From assembly GCA_965242795.1 (NCBI GenBank), contig OZ251505.1, positions 363,000-426,999 of the forward strand: a stretch of 64,000 bases of DNA, given 5' to 3'. Numbering within the stretch: the first letter of the stretch is position 1; the number at the start of each line of letters is the position of its first letter. The stretch is from an uncultured Candidatus Binatia bacterium. GTDB taxonomy: Bacteria; Desulfobacterota; Binatia; Bin18. Position numbers and translations under genes: made by a program. Below, piece by piece: positions 20,123-29,303 of the stretch. The notes under the pieces were generated by a model, which saw only the letters and a program-made list of their open reading frames with translations, was not told the DNA's origin and did no database searches.

Positions 20123-21457
20123 CTAGCCGGACGACCGCAGCCCGCCGCGTTCCAGATGGGCTTGCAGGAAGTTCCGACTCCCGTCCGCGGCCATGCTGGC
20201 CGACGCGGACAACTCCAGGCACAGCGCGGTCGCGGCGACGATCTGCGCAAAACGATAGACCTTGCCCGGGCCGGCACAGTCCAGCAACGCCAGATACGCC
20301 TGCGCGTGGGGCAACCCCGTCCCGCCGCCCAGCGTCCCCACTTCCAGCCCGGCGAACCGGATGGCGAGATGCAGGCCACCGGCCGCGGGCTGCGCCGTCA
20401 CCTGCGCCATGCTGCTGGTGCCGACCATGCCGAGGTCCTGGCCCGTGGCCGCGAAGATAGCGGCAATCGCGGACGCCGGCGTAAAGGCCATGGATACCAT
20501 GCCGCTGGCCTGCGCGCCGTGGAGGCCCGCGTGCTCCAAGGCCACGATGTCCGCGGCCTGCACGCGCAACACCCGGCGCAGCACCGCGTCCGGCACGTCG
20601 GCCTCCGCCAGCACCGTCTTGCCGTGCCCCGTGTGCCGAAAGAAGGCGTGGCTCGTCTTCTTGTCGCCGCCCATGTTGGCTTCCAGAAAGACGCGCAACG
20701 GCGCGATGCCCGTCTGCGCGGCGAAGCGCTCCGCAACGTAGGCATGGTTCAACGCGTAGGCGTTGCGCGTCATCATGTTCGGCCCGCACGCATCGCCCGT
20801 AGTGAAGCGGTACAGCACGTGACACATCGGGCCCACGACGTGCGTCTCGACCTCGCGCAGCACCGCGTGCCGGCTGAGCAACCCCGGCGTCGCGTCGTCC
20901 GCGGACGGTCCGCCGTTCTCCGAATCCCCGGCCGGCCGTGCGGCCAACCACGTCGCCATGTCTTCGGCCCGCCGCTCTACCCAGTCGGCCAGACGGACGG
21001 CCTCGCGCGTCGAGGAGAACACGAAACAGCAGTCGCGCGTCATGCGGTCGGCCAGCACGTGCGTCCGCACGCCCCCGGCCAAGGCAATCGCGGAGAGCCC
21101 GCGCTGGATCGAGGCCGACAGCCCGCCCTCGGTATGCGCGAGCGGCACGTAAACCTCGTCGTCCGCACGCCCGCGTTCGCACAGCCGGCCGCGCGCGTCC
21201 AATGCGTACCGTCCGTAGTCGAGCCGCAGCGGCCCGACCACGCCGACCGGCAGCGTCATGCGACCGGTCAGGCATTCCTGGAACGGGGCGAACGCCGCGA
21301 CCTCGCCGTCCAGCACGGTCCGCTGTTCGCGCGGCCAGTGTTCCAGGGCGCGCAGGCGGTGGCGGCGTTCGGCAATCTGTCGGGGGGCGTTCCCGCGCGG
21401 CCAATGCGGAAACCGCGGTGCCGGAGCGGCGTTACGGGGCCGGCCGGTCCCACTCAT
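20123..21457 (-). CDS. hydroxymethylglutaryl-CoA reductase, class I-like catalytic domain (soluble, no membrane anchor)
   Basis: Motifs LPVGVVGPLRL, VPLAHTEGG, TGDACGPNMMTRN (cf. DAMGMNM), EANMGGDKK, GTLGGGTGLP (cf. GTVGGGT). Confidence 0.85.
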   Translation of the reverse strand: MSGTGRPRNAAPAPRFPHWPRGNAPRQIAERRHRLRALEHWPREQRTVLDGEVAAFAPFQECLTGRMTLPVGVVGPLRLDYGRYALDARGRLCERGRADDEVYVPLAHTEGGLSASIQRGLSAIALAGGVRTHVLADRMTRDCCFVFSSTREAVRLADWVERRAEDMATWLAARPAGDSENGGPSADDATPGLLSRHAVLREVETHVVGPMCHVLYRFTTGDACGPNMMTRNAYALNHAYVAERFAAQTGIAPLRVFLEANMGGDKKTSHAFFRHTGHGKTVLAEADVPDAVLRRVLRVQAADIVALEHAGLHGAQASGMVSMAFTPASAIAAIFAATGQDLGMVGTSSMAQVTAQPAAGGLHLAIRFAGLEVGTLGGGTGLPHAQAYLALLDCAGPGKVYRFAQIVAATALCLELSASASMAADGSRNFLQAHLERGGLRSSG

Positions 21458-22190
21458 CGGTTGGCGATCCTTCCACGTCGCCGGACCGTACGGAAAGCCG
21501 CAGGCGCGCGGCCTTCTTCTCGATGTCGCGGGTGACCGCGCCGAACAGGGTCGGCCCGTCGATGCCGACCTCCGCGGCTTCCGGTTTGAGTGCGACGTAG
21601 ATCGACTCCATCAGACGCAGCAACTCGTCGCGGATGGTGAGAAAGACCCGTCCGAGTTCGGGCCGGCGCGCCAGGGCGTCCCGCAAATACAGTTCGGCGA
21701 ACGCCAGATGGCGGGCTTCGTCGCGCAGGATGCGGCCGGCGATGCCGGCGAACAGCGAGTCGGGGTGCGCCTTGGCCAGCGTGCCGTAGAAGTGCCGCGC
21801 CAGAACGTCGCTCAGCAGGATGCCCCACAGCCATTCGACGCGGTCGCGCGATTTGAACAGCCGCGCCTGATAGCGGAACATGTCCTTGAGCTGGCGCACC
21901 TCCAGCGGACGCTGCCCCAACGTCTCGTAGAACCGGGTCAGGGTCTCGAAATGGCGGGCCTCGTCCAACAGGAACGTGGACAGATAGAGTTGCGCCTCGG
22001 TCTCGTGCGCGGCGAAACACTGCGGGATCGTGGAACTGGCGCCGAGCATGGCGGTCTGCTCACCCAGATAGATCGGGGTGAGCACCATCGCCAGGGCGCG
22101 CCGCTCGCCGCGGCCCAGCGAGATCGGATGGGACCAATCGATATCGGCGGAGGACCACTGCCCCTCGACCCCCTTCCGAAACAATTCCAT
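21432..22190 (-). CDS. ferritin-like di-iron carboxylate protein (putative oxygenase/hydroxylase)
   Basis: Two E..H motifs spaced as in di-iron four-helix-bundle proteins (LLDEARHFETL ... ILRDEARHLAFAELY). Start taken as MELFRKG... within ORF 21432..22271. Overlaps the HMGR start by about 26 bp. Confidence 0.6.
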   Translation of the reverse strand: MELFRKGVEGQWSSADIDWSHPISLGRGERRALAMVLTPIYLGEQTAMLGASSTIPQCFAAHETEAQLYLSTFLLDEARHFETLTRFYETLGQRPLEVRQLKDMFRYQARLFKSRDRVEWLWGILLSDVLARHFYGTLAKAHPDSLFAGIAGRILRDEARHLAFAELYLRDALARRPELGRVFLTIRDELLRLMESIYVALKPEAAEVGIDGPTLFGAVTRDIEKKAARLRLSVRSGDVEGSPTDEWDRPAP

Positions 22191-22450
22191 CAACTTGGCG
22201 TTCTCGATGCGGGGGAATACGCGAATCACGACCCCTTGCCCCCCTCCCCAACCGAAGCGGTGCGGCACCATAGCAACCCCCCGGCCCCGGTCAAGCTGAC
22301 ACGCCGGGGAGCCGTCTCTCGGCCGGCGATTCCCGGACTGTTCGCCCCGACGGTATGGCCCCTCCCGCTCTCCCCGTGAGAGGGTATCTGTCCCTTTGAT
22401 TCCCTCGTTTCTTGGGGCGAAGGGAAGGGACAGGAAAACGCTTGAAGGAT

Positions 22451-22635
22451 GTAGGGGCGACGCATGCGTCGCCCCTCCGAAGGATGAGCAGACGCTCAGG
22501 AGTAGATGACGTTATGCGTAGGGGCGAAAAATCTTTCGCCCTTCCCCTGCGGGCAGAGCCGATCCTCACCAACACGGCTTGAAACCGAGACCCTTCCGCG
22601 TATCTCCGTAGGGGCGACCGGCCGGTCACCCCTAC
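22451..22635. repeat. Cluster of three family-B palindromic REP-like elements plus nested hairpins
   Basis: gtaggggcgacgcatgcgtcgcccctcc, gtaggggcgaaaaatctttcgccc and gtaggggcgaccggccggtcacccctac lie within 190 bp, between the di-iron gene and the autotransporter. Confidence 0.6.
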
Positions 22636-22664
22636 GCAGGAGGGTCGAGATCATGAGGAGGCAG

Positions 22665-25600
22665 CTACCACCCCAGGTGGCCGTAGAGGGCGACTTGGTG
22701 TGCGGCGCCGCCGGCCTGCGTGGTGCGTTCGCCCTCGACGCTCAGGTCGATCCATTCGCCCAATTCGATCCGTCCGCCCAGGCGGTAGCCGTGGTTCTGT
22801 GGCCCGGCCATCGACAGGCCGCCGTAGGTCGTCAGTAAGCCTGCGCCCTCGTGCGTCACCAAGCCGTAGCCGATGTCGAACTCGACCTGGGCCGGGGACA
22901 GGCCCGGCGGCGTATCCGTTTCGGCGCCCGCCTGGAGCACGTCCGCGCTACCCCACATCTGTTCCACCTGACTCGCTTCCGCGCCCCAGACCGGCGCCAC
23001 CGCCAACCACAATCCCCGCTTCGCCTCGCCGGGGTCCAGCTTCAGTGTCAGGCTCGCGCCCCACTCGTCGAACGCCGATTTCTGGTGCGCCAGCAAGTAC
23101 CGGCCCCGCGCTTCGATCCTCAAGCCCAGCTTCGTGTGCACGTACTCGAAGCCGCCGCCGAGTTCCGCGCCCACGCCCGTCTCCGCCTTCCCGCCGTCCC
23201 AGCGCCCGCCGACCTCGAAGATGGGCGTCAGGTGGGAGTCCTCCGACACGGCCCACGCCGTGCGGCCTTCCACCATCAGGCGCAGCCGTTGCGCGTCCCC
23301 CGCCGTCTTCGGTAAGCGGTCGTCCGCGTCCACCTCCAATTCCGTCAGGAAGGCGTCCGCCTTCAGCGCCACGTCGATCCGCCGCCACGTCAGCACTTCC
23401 TGCCGGGCGCCGACCGCGGCCATCAACATCTCCAGGTCGGTCTTCACCTTCCCCGCTTCGTCTCTGAGCTTCAGGTCTCCCCAGCCCGCGCCGAACAAGC
23501 CCCACACCCCCAAGCCCGGCCGCGGACTCCAATGCGCATACGGCAAGACGCTCGTCAGCGTGAGGTCCACGGCGCCTTTGGTCACGTCCCGCGTCTCGTA
23601 GTCCACATCGCCTTGGCTATGCGCGACCGCCAGCCCTAGCAGCACGTTCGGCTGCAAGCGGTAGTCCAAGCCCAGGTAGCCGGTGAACACGTTGCCGTCC
23701 ATGCTGAAGTCGTCCTTGGGCTTCCCGTCGAACCCGCCGGCCGTCCCTCGGCCCCACAACGTCCACCCCGACGTCCAGCCCTCGGCGGCTTCCTCGCCCA
23801 ACGGCATGACGAATCGACTCTGCGCCAGTAGCTCCGTTGCCGCCACCCGCCGGAACTGCACCGGGTTGCGCAGCGTTCCGGATGCCGCGCGCAGGTGCGG
23901 CGTCGCGGCGTGGGCGCGGTCGAACCCGCCCTGGCCCAAGCCGGTTCCGTCAGCCATGCCCGGCAGTGCGCCGCTCCCGAATGGGGTCGCGCCGACCAAG
24001 CTTCCCCCTGCCGGCAAACGTACTCCCAGTCCATTCCCCAGCCCGCCCACGAAGGGGCCCGGCGTGTCCCAGGCGCTCAGCGGCGCCGCTCCGCCGTGCG
24101 GGTCGTTCAGGTGGCGCGTCAACGTGTGCCACGCCGCCCCGCGCACCTGCCCGAATTGGCCATCTCCGCCTCCGAGCGGGGAGCCGACCTCCACGCCCAA
24201 CGCCCGCGCCACGCCATACGCCACACCCGCTGCCTGCCGCCAGCGCCCCGCCTGCGGGTCATCGTGCAGCGTCAACGCCTGCCCGCCCACCGTCACTTGG
24301 TTGCCGGTCGGCTGCCGGAGGAACCGCTCGCCGATCACGTCCACCGCGTCCGTCGCCAGCGTCCGCCCCACGCCCGCCAACACCATCCCCAGACTCCGTT
24401 TGCGCGCCCGTTCCGCGTCGTCGTCCTCGATCCGCCCCTCCGCCGTCACGTCCGTCGCCTCGATGACCGGATCGCCCGGCAGCGTCACCGTCACCGTGAA
24501 CGTCTCCACCGGCTCTACCCGCCGGTCGTCTATGGTCGGCACCCGCAGCGTCCCCGCGGTCGTGTCCGCCGCCAGCCGCAACCGGCCCGCTGCTTCCGCT
24601 TGGTAATCCTCGCCCGGCGTCGCGCTGCCCGGCCGGTCCGCCGTCCAGTGGAAGGTGAGCGGCTTGGGCACCGCCCGCGAGAGGGTCAGCGCAAACTCCG
24701 CCACGCCGCCTTCCGCTACCGTGGCGTCCGTGAGGGTTACTTGCACCGGGATGCGTACCACTTCGATGCTGAACGTCAGCGGCGGCGTGGTGACGTCCCC
24801 ATCCGCGTCCGTCGCCGTCAGCATGTATGTCGTCGCCGCCTGCACCGCCGTCGGCGTCCCTGCGATCCGCCCTTCCGCGGAGGCGGTGGGAAGGGTGAAG
24901 GTCAGTCCGGCCGGCGATTCAGGCGTCAGCGTGTACAGCAACGTGCCGTTCCCGCTCCTTGCTCTCGGCAGCAACACGGGCACCATCGGCTCCTGCACCA
25001 GCAGGATCTGCGGGGGCACGACGGCCTCCCCGAAGCTCGGCTGCTCGTCCGCCTCCACCGTCAGCGTGAACGACAGCGGCGGCGTGGTGACGTCCCCATC
25101 CGCGTCCATCGCCGTCAGCGTGTACGTCCTCTTGTCCCGGGCCTCGGTCGGCGTGCCGGTAATCGTCCCGCCGCTCGTCGCGTCCGCCGGCGCCGTGTAC
25201 GTCAGCCCCGGCGGTAAGTCGGGCGGCGGGGTGTAGCTCAGCGGCCCGTCCCCGTCCATCGCCGCCGGCAAGACCAACGGCGCGATCGCCGTGCCGACCA
25301 CGTAGGTCCGGTCGATCACCACGGCTTCGAAACTCGGCATCCGATCCGCCTCCACCGTCAGCGTGAACGACAGCGGCGGCGTGGTGACGTCCCCATCCGC
25401 GTCCATCGCCGTCAGCGTGTACGTCCTCTTGTCCCGGGCCTCGGTCGGCGTGCCGCTGATCGTCCCGCCGCCCGTCGCATCCGCCGGCTCGGTGTACGTC
25501 AGCCCCGGCGGTAAGTCGGGCGTCACCGCGTAGCTCAGCGTCCCGTCCCCGCCCGTCGCTGCCGGCAAGACCAGTGGGGGGATCGCCGTGTCGACCATGT

Positions 25601-28145
25601 AGGTCTCGTCGATCACCACGGCCTCGAAGCTCGGCCGCAGACTCCGGCGGGGCGGGCGGGAATGGCCGACCACCCGGTGGTTCTCCACGTTCGACAACGC
25701 GTGGCTCCCCAGGGCGAGTATCGCGATCGGCCTCGGATCTACCCCCTCGTCCGCGATATTGCCGACGAGCAGAATCGTCCCGCCGTTCAGATCCAGCGCG
25801 TCCGCCCCGATGCTGATGCCGTCCCGGTCCGTGTCGCCGGCCCGCACCACGTAGCTGAACACCAGATCCGGCGACGGCGGCCCCGACCTCGACTCGTACG
25901 CCGCCTGCCGCGTCTCCGTCTCCGCCCCCATCCCGAGGGTCAGCGCCAACTGGGGCGAACCCGTCACCATCACCACCCGGTCAAACGTCACGCGCACCCG
26001 GATCGTGTCGCCCGTTCCGTACGTCCAGCCCGCCGCCGGCGCGCTTTCCACCACCACGTCGGTCACCGTTGGCTGACTCAGATGAGCGACGCCTCCATTC
26101 ACCTTGTGGTTCGCGCTGGCCGCGACCGCGCCGTGCATCAGGGTCGCCGCCATCGTCGTGTCGCGCGCGTCGTCGATCGTTCCGCCGTTCAGGGCCAGCC
26201 CGTTCGCCGGGATGGCGATGCCGTCCACCGCGTCCAGGTCCACGCCGCCCGAGCCGTCGCCGCCCGAATTCGCACCCTGCACCACGTAGTGGAAGGTCAG
26301 CGTGTTCGTGCCCGAACCCGACGCGTAATCCGCCTGCCGGGGAACCGCCCCGACGGTCAGCTCCACCTGCGGCGTCCCCGTCACGTCCACCCGCTGCGTG
26401 AACTGCACCTGCACCGCGATCCGCTCGCCGAGGCCGTAGGTGTCGCCCGACGCCGGGCTGCTCGCGATCGACACCGCGCTCACTGCCGCCACCGCGAACT
26501 GAACGCCGTCCACCAAGCGGGTCGAGTCGTTGGGGAAGGCGTTGCCGCCCAACCCCAGCTCCGCGTTGGTCCGATCCGCGGTGGTCGCGCGTATCGTCCC
26601 GCCGTTCAGCGTCAGCGCGCTCGACCCGATGCCGAGGCCGTCCGGGTCCTCGTCCCCGAGCGCCACCGTGTAGCGGAACACCAGCGCCGTCGTCCCCGTA
26701 CCCGAGACGTAGTCCGCCTGCTGCGTCCCCGACGTCAAGGCCAGCGCCACCTGCGGCGTCCCCGTCACGTCCACCGCCCGGTTGAAGTTCACCGTGACTT
26801 CGATCCGCTCGCCGCGCTGGAACGTGGAGCCCGACCCTGGGCTGTTCATGACGATGCCCCTAGGAGTGGCAGTAGTGAGCGACACGACCGGCGGGGTGGC
26901 CACCTTGTGGTCCGCGTCGGCGCTGATCACGTGCGTGCCCAGCCCCAGCGCCGCCGCCACCGCGGCGTCGCGCGCGTCGTTGATCGCCCCGCTGTTCAGC
27001 GTCAGCGCGCCCGCCGCCACGCCGATGCCGTCTTCGTCGACGTCGTCGGAGGCCGTCGTGTAGCGGAACACCAGCGCCGTCGTCCCCGTGCCGCTGGTGT
27101 AGTCCGCCTGCCGGGTGTTCGAGCCGATGGTCAGCGCCAGCCGCGGCGTCCCCCCGGTCGTGACCACGTTCACCGCCCGGTTGAACGTCACCGTCACGTC
27201 GATGTCCTCGACCAGCCCGTACGTGTCGCCGCTCGCCGGGCTGCTCGTGACCGCCACGCCGCTCACCGCCGCGGCCGTCAGCGCCGTGCCGTCCACCTTG
27301 TGATCCGCGCTGTCTGAAATCGCGTGGGTGCCGAGCCCCAGCAGCGCGTTCGTCGTGGTGCCCGTCACGACGATCGTCCCGCCGTTCAGGGTCAGTGCGC
27401 TCGCCCCGATGGTGATCCCGTCGCTGTCCACATCCGCCTGCACCGCCGTGTAGCGGAACTTCAACTCCGTCGTGCCCGAGCCGGAGGCGTAGGACGCCTG
27501 CCGAGTGTTCGCGGCGATGCCCAGCGCGAGCTGCGGTGTCCCCGTCACGGTCACCGCCCGGTTGAACGTCACCGTGGCTTCGATCACCTCGCCGCGCTCG
27601 TACGTGTCGCCGAGGACCGGCGCGTTCAGCGCCACCGCATCCACCCCCGCCAGGCCGGCGCCCCACTGCCTGCCGTCCACCTTGTGCCCGGCCTGGTTGC
27701 TCAGGGCGGCGTGGTTGCGGCCGATGACCCTGATGGGGTTGTGGGTGTGCCAAGTACCGGCGCCGGTGATGGAGTTTTCCTTGACGGTGAGGCCGTCGGT
27801 GTCGAGGTCGTCGGCCCCCACCGTGTAGGAGAAGTGCACCGCCGTCATGAAGGAGGAGAAGGAGGAGGTGCTGACCGCCTCCCGATCGGTGCCGCCGATG
27901 TCGAGCTGCATCCTGGCGGTACTGGGGTTGCCGCTGGAGAGCTGGGGGATGTTCAACCGGAAGGTGATGGTCTCGCCCCGGCCGTAGGTGTCGCCGCTGG
28001 CGGGTGTGGAGGTGATGTTGACGCTGACGTCCTGGGCGAGCGCGGGGCCGGCCGTCCACGCCACGACCGCGAGGACGGCGGCGGCGAGCGGGGCCAGCGA
28101 AACGAGCTTTCTCGTCCATGAGGTGCGGGGATTTCGTGGAAACAT
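22665..28145 (-). CDS. giant autotransporter adhesin (about 1826 aa): signal peptide, 6 tandem copies of a roughly 105-aa repeat, 3 cadherin-like Ig repeats, a Calx-beta domain, and a C-terminal autotransporter beta-barrel
   Basis: Start at MFPRNPRTSWTRKLVSLAPLAAAVLAVVAWTAGPALAQD within ORF 22665..28499. Repeats carry TFNRAV.VTGTPQLAL.IG...RQA.Y.SGSGTT.L.F.Y.....D.D.DGI.I....L.LNGGTI...HKVDG. Calx-beta is VQVTLTDATVAEGG.... C-terminal roughly 300 aa is an autotransporter beta-domain (…GLDYRLQPNVLLGLAVAHSQGD... ending ...ALYGHLGW). Confidence 0.85.
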   Translation of the reverse strand: MFPRNPRTSWTRKLVSLAPLAAAVLAVVAWTAGPALAQDVSVNITSTPASGDTYGRGETITFRLNIPQLSSGNPSTARMQLDIGGTDREAVSTSSFSSFMTAVHFSYTVGADDLDTDGLTVKENSITGAGTWHTHNPIRVIGRNHAALSNQAGHKVDGRQWGAGLAGVDAVALNAPVLGDTYERGEVIEATVTFNRAVTVTGTPQLALGIAANTRQASYASGSGTTELKFRYTAVQADVDSDGITIGASALTLNGGTIVVTGTTTNALLGLGTHAISDSADHKVDGTALTAAAVSGVAVTSSPASGDTYGLVEDIDVTVTFNRAVNVVTTGGTPRLALTIGSNTRQADYTSGTGTTALVFRYTTASDDVDEDGIGVAAGALTLNSGAINDARDAAVAAALGLGTHVISADADHKVATPPVVSLTTATPRGIVMNSPGSGSTFQRGERIEVTVNFNRAVDVTGTPQVALALTSGTQQADYVSGTGTTALVFRYTVALGDEDPDGLGIGSSALTLNGGTIRATTADRTNAELGLGGNAFPNDSTRLVDGVQFAVAAVSAVSIASSPASGDTYGLGERIAVQVQFTQRVDVTGTPQVELTVGAVPRQADYASGSGTNTLTFHYVVQGANSGGDGSGGVDLDAVDGIAIPANGLALNGGTIDDARDTTMAATLMHGAVAASANHKVNGGVAHLSQPTVTDVVVESAPAAGWTYGTGDTIRVRVTFDRVVMVTGSPQLALTLGMGAETETRQAAYESRSGPPSPDLVFSYVVRAGDTDRDGISIGADALDLNGGTILLVGNIADEGVDPRPIAILALGSHALSNVENHRVVGHSRPPRRSLRPSFEAVVIDETYMVDTAIPPLVLPAATGGDGTLSYAVTPDLPPGLTYTEPADATGGGTISGTPTEARDKRTYTLTAMDADGDVTTPPLSFTLTVEADRMPSFEAVVIDRTYVVGTAIAPLVLPAAMDGDGPLSYTPPPDLPPGLTYTAPADATSGGTITGTPTEARDKRTYTLTAMDADGDVTTPPLSFTLTVEADEQPSFGEAVVPPQILLVQEPMVPVLLPRARSGNGTLLYTLTPESPAGLTFTLPTASAEGRIAGTPTAVQAATTYMLTATDADGDVTTPPLTFSIEVVRIPVQVTLTDATVAEGGVAEFALTLSRAVPKPLTFHWTADRPGSATPGEDYQAEAAGRLRLAADTTAGTLRVPTIDDRRVEPVETFTVTVTLPGDPVIEATDVTAEGRIEDDDAERARKRSLGMVLAGVGRTLATDAVDVIGERFLRQPTGNQVTVGGQALTLHDDPQAGRWRQAAGVAYGVARALGVEVGSPLGGGDGQFGQVRGAAWHTLTRHLNDPHGGAAPLSAWDTPGPFVGGLGNGLGVRLPAGGSLVGATPFGSGALPGMADGTGLGQGGFDRAHAATPHLRAASGTLRNPVQFRRVAATELLAQSRFVMPLGEEAAEGWTSGWTLWGRGTAGGFDGKPKDDFSMDGNVFTGYLGLDYRLQPNVLLGLAVAHSQGDVDYETRDVTKGAVDLTLTSVLPYAHWSPRPGLGVWGLFGAGWGDLKLRDEAGKVKTDLEMLMAAVGARQEVLTWRRIDVALKADAFLTELEVDADDRLPKTAGDAQRLRLMVEGRTAWAVSEDSHLTPIFEVGGRWDGGKAETGVGAELGGGFEYVHTKLGLRIEARGRYLLAHQKSAFDEWGASLTLKLDPGEAKRGLWLAVAPVWGAEASQVEQMWGSADVLQAGAETDTPPGLSPAQVEFDIGYGLVTHEGAGLLTTYGGLSMAGPQNHGYRLGGRIELGEWIDLSVEGERTTQAGGAAHQVALYGHLGW

Positions 28146-28155
28146 CAATGAACCT

Positions 28156-28305
28156 CTATCGCCAGCCCTCGACATATCGACTCCTCCTCCAGACGTCTCG
28201 CTCCACCCCGGCCCGATCGAGGCTCTTCGAGAGCAGGGCCGGGCCGATTTCTCCCCTGTGGGGGTTCGGAATGGCAAGGCGCACGTCATCCTTCCCCATG
28301 AACAT
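28156..28305 (-). pseudogene. HicA-toxin-like C-terminal remnant
   Basis: Minus-strand translation immediately after the hicB-like stop reads MFMGKDDVRLAIPNPHRGEIGPALLSKSLDRAGVERDVW. This resembles the C-terminal half of HicA (…IP.H.GKEI..GLL.SI.KQAG…). The N-terminal RNA-binding half is absent. Coordinates approximate. Confidence 0.3.
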
Positions 28306-28308
28306 CCG

Positions 28309-28509
28309 TCAGTTCGTACCGGGCGCGCCTGAGCGCTGCGTGCAGTCGGCCACCAGCCACTCGTCCACGATTCTGCACAGGTCCCGGTACACCGCTGCCT
28401 TGTCGTCGCCATGACAGCACGGGCCGATGACCCCCGGGCAGGAGCCGACGAAACACTGGTCTTCGTCGGACCACTCGACCCGCTTGACGTAGCTGGCACT
28501 GTCCTTCAT
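28309..28509 (-). CDS. HicB-like (UPF0150) short antitoxin-family protein lacking a DNA-binding domain
   Basis: MKDSASYVKRVEWSDEDQCFVGSCPGVIGPCCHGDDKAAVYRDLCRIVDEWL matches the HicB N-terminal RNase-H-like fold pattern. RBS gagga upstream of the internal ATG at about 28509. Confidence 0.55.
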   Translation of the reverse strand: MKDSASYVKRVEWSDEDQCFVGSCPGVIGPCCHGDDKAAVYRDLCRIVDEWLVADCTQRSGAPGTN

Positions 28510-28579
28510 CCCTGCGATTCCTCTATCCTCCGCCGTACCTCTCGTTCCTGATGACGCAGGGGCTCCCAAGGTCGTCCTC

Positions 28580-29110
28580 CGCCCCTCCCTACTTCAGCTT
28601 GAGCAGGGGACTGTCCGGCGACTCCGGGCGCGGCCCGACCGTGCGGTTGGTGCAGTCGGCCACCAGGTCCAACGCTTCCAGCACGATCTGGCCGATCAAC
28701 GGCTCGCTGAGCGGCGGCCCGACGATGCAGTCCGTGTTCATGAAACGGTTGCCGATGTGGACCGTCACCGGCCCGGCGACCGGGCGGGTCTCCTTGCGTT
28801 CGTCCGCGTAGGTCACGACGACCTCGCGCTGCGTTTCCAGCCCCAGCCGGCTGACGACGTTCTCCGGCAACATGAGCATGACTGCGCCGGTGTCCACCAC
28901 GCCTTTCACCGTCGTGCGGCGAATGGCGGACTCGTCCAGAAGGCCGCGGGCGGTGACGCTGCGGTCGGCGGTGTTTTCCAGTTCCATGGAAGCGACGATC
29001 TCGCCCATGCGTTCCTCCGTCATCCATCAATCGGGGGCATCGTAGCCCCGGTGTTGCGGACGGTCAAATGCGGCCTTCGTCCCCGGACGACGCGGAAACC
29101 TGGGAGCGCG
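28580..29110. repeat. Direct repeat copy 1 (about 0.5 kb), carrying retropepsin-like gene copy 1
   Basis: The sequence from ctacttcagcttgagcagggg... to ...acgacgcggaaacctggga recurs at 29583-30085. Nucleotide identity by eye is about 90%. The half encoding the C-terminal part of the protein is almost identical; the half encoding the N-terminal part has diverged. Confidence 0.8.
28589..29023 (-). CDS. retropepsin-like (clan AA) aspartic protease domain protein, copy 1
   Basis: 144 aa; catalytic DTGA motif (VVDTGAVMLMLPENV); GNRFMNTDCIVGPP flap-like region. Confidence 0.75.
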   Translation of the reverse strand: MTEERMGEIVASMELENTADRSVTARGLLDESAIRRTTVKGVVDTGAVMLMLPENVVSRLGLETQREVVVTYADERKETRPVAGPVTVHIGNRFMNTDCIVGPPLSEPLIGQIVLEALDLVADCTNRTVGPRPESPDSPLLKLK

Positions 29111-29303
29111 TGAGCCTGCGGTCCCTGAGCCTGTCGAAGGGTGGAGAAACGGGCGAAGGATCGTCTCGTCTGTTGAGATCAGACCGGCGTATCCATCTCG
29201 ACCGTGTCGGTCATTCGTGGGCGGCCCGCACTTCCAAGCCGAGGATGACGTTCACGCCCACCACGGGGGAGTCATCGTGGTCGAAGCGGGCGTCGGGCAC
29301 GGC

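Noticed and set aside
19141-21404. Long overlapping minus-strand ORFs (19141..20379, and the N-terminal 430 aa of 19209..21404)
   Set aside because: Only the C-terminal 299 aa (DAGK_cat) and the separate frame 20123..21457 (HMGR) have recognisable domains. The remainder is Arg/Ala/Gly-rich read-through in alternative frames.
24655-27317. Series of plus-strand ORFs and nucleotide repeats inside the autotransporter gene
   Set aside because: The periodic nucleotide repeats are the coding repeats of the passenger domain (protein-level 105-aa units), not CRISPR or a mobile element. The plus-strand ORFs are antisense artefacts.
28286-28474. 62-aa ORF overlapping the hicB-like gene
   Set aside because: Alternative frame of a better-supported gene.
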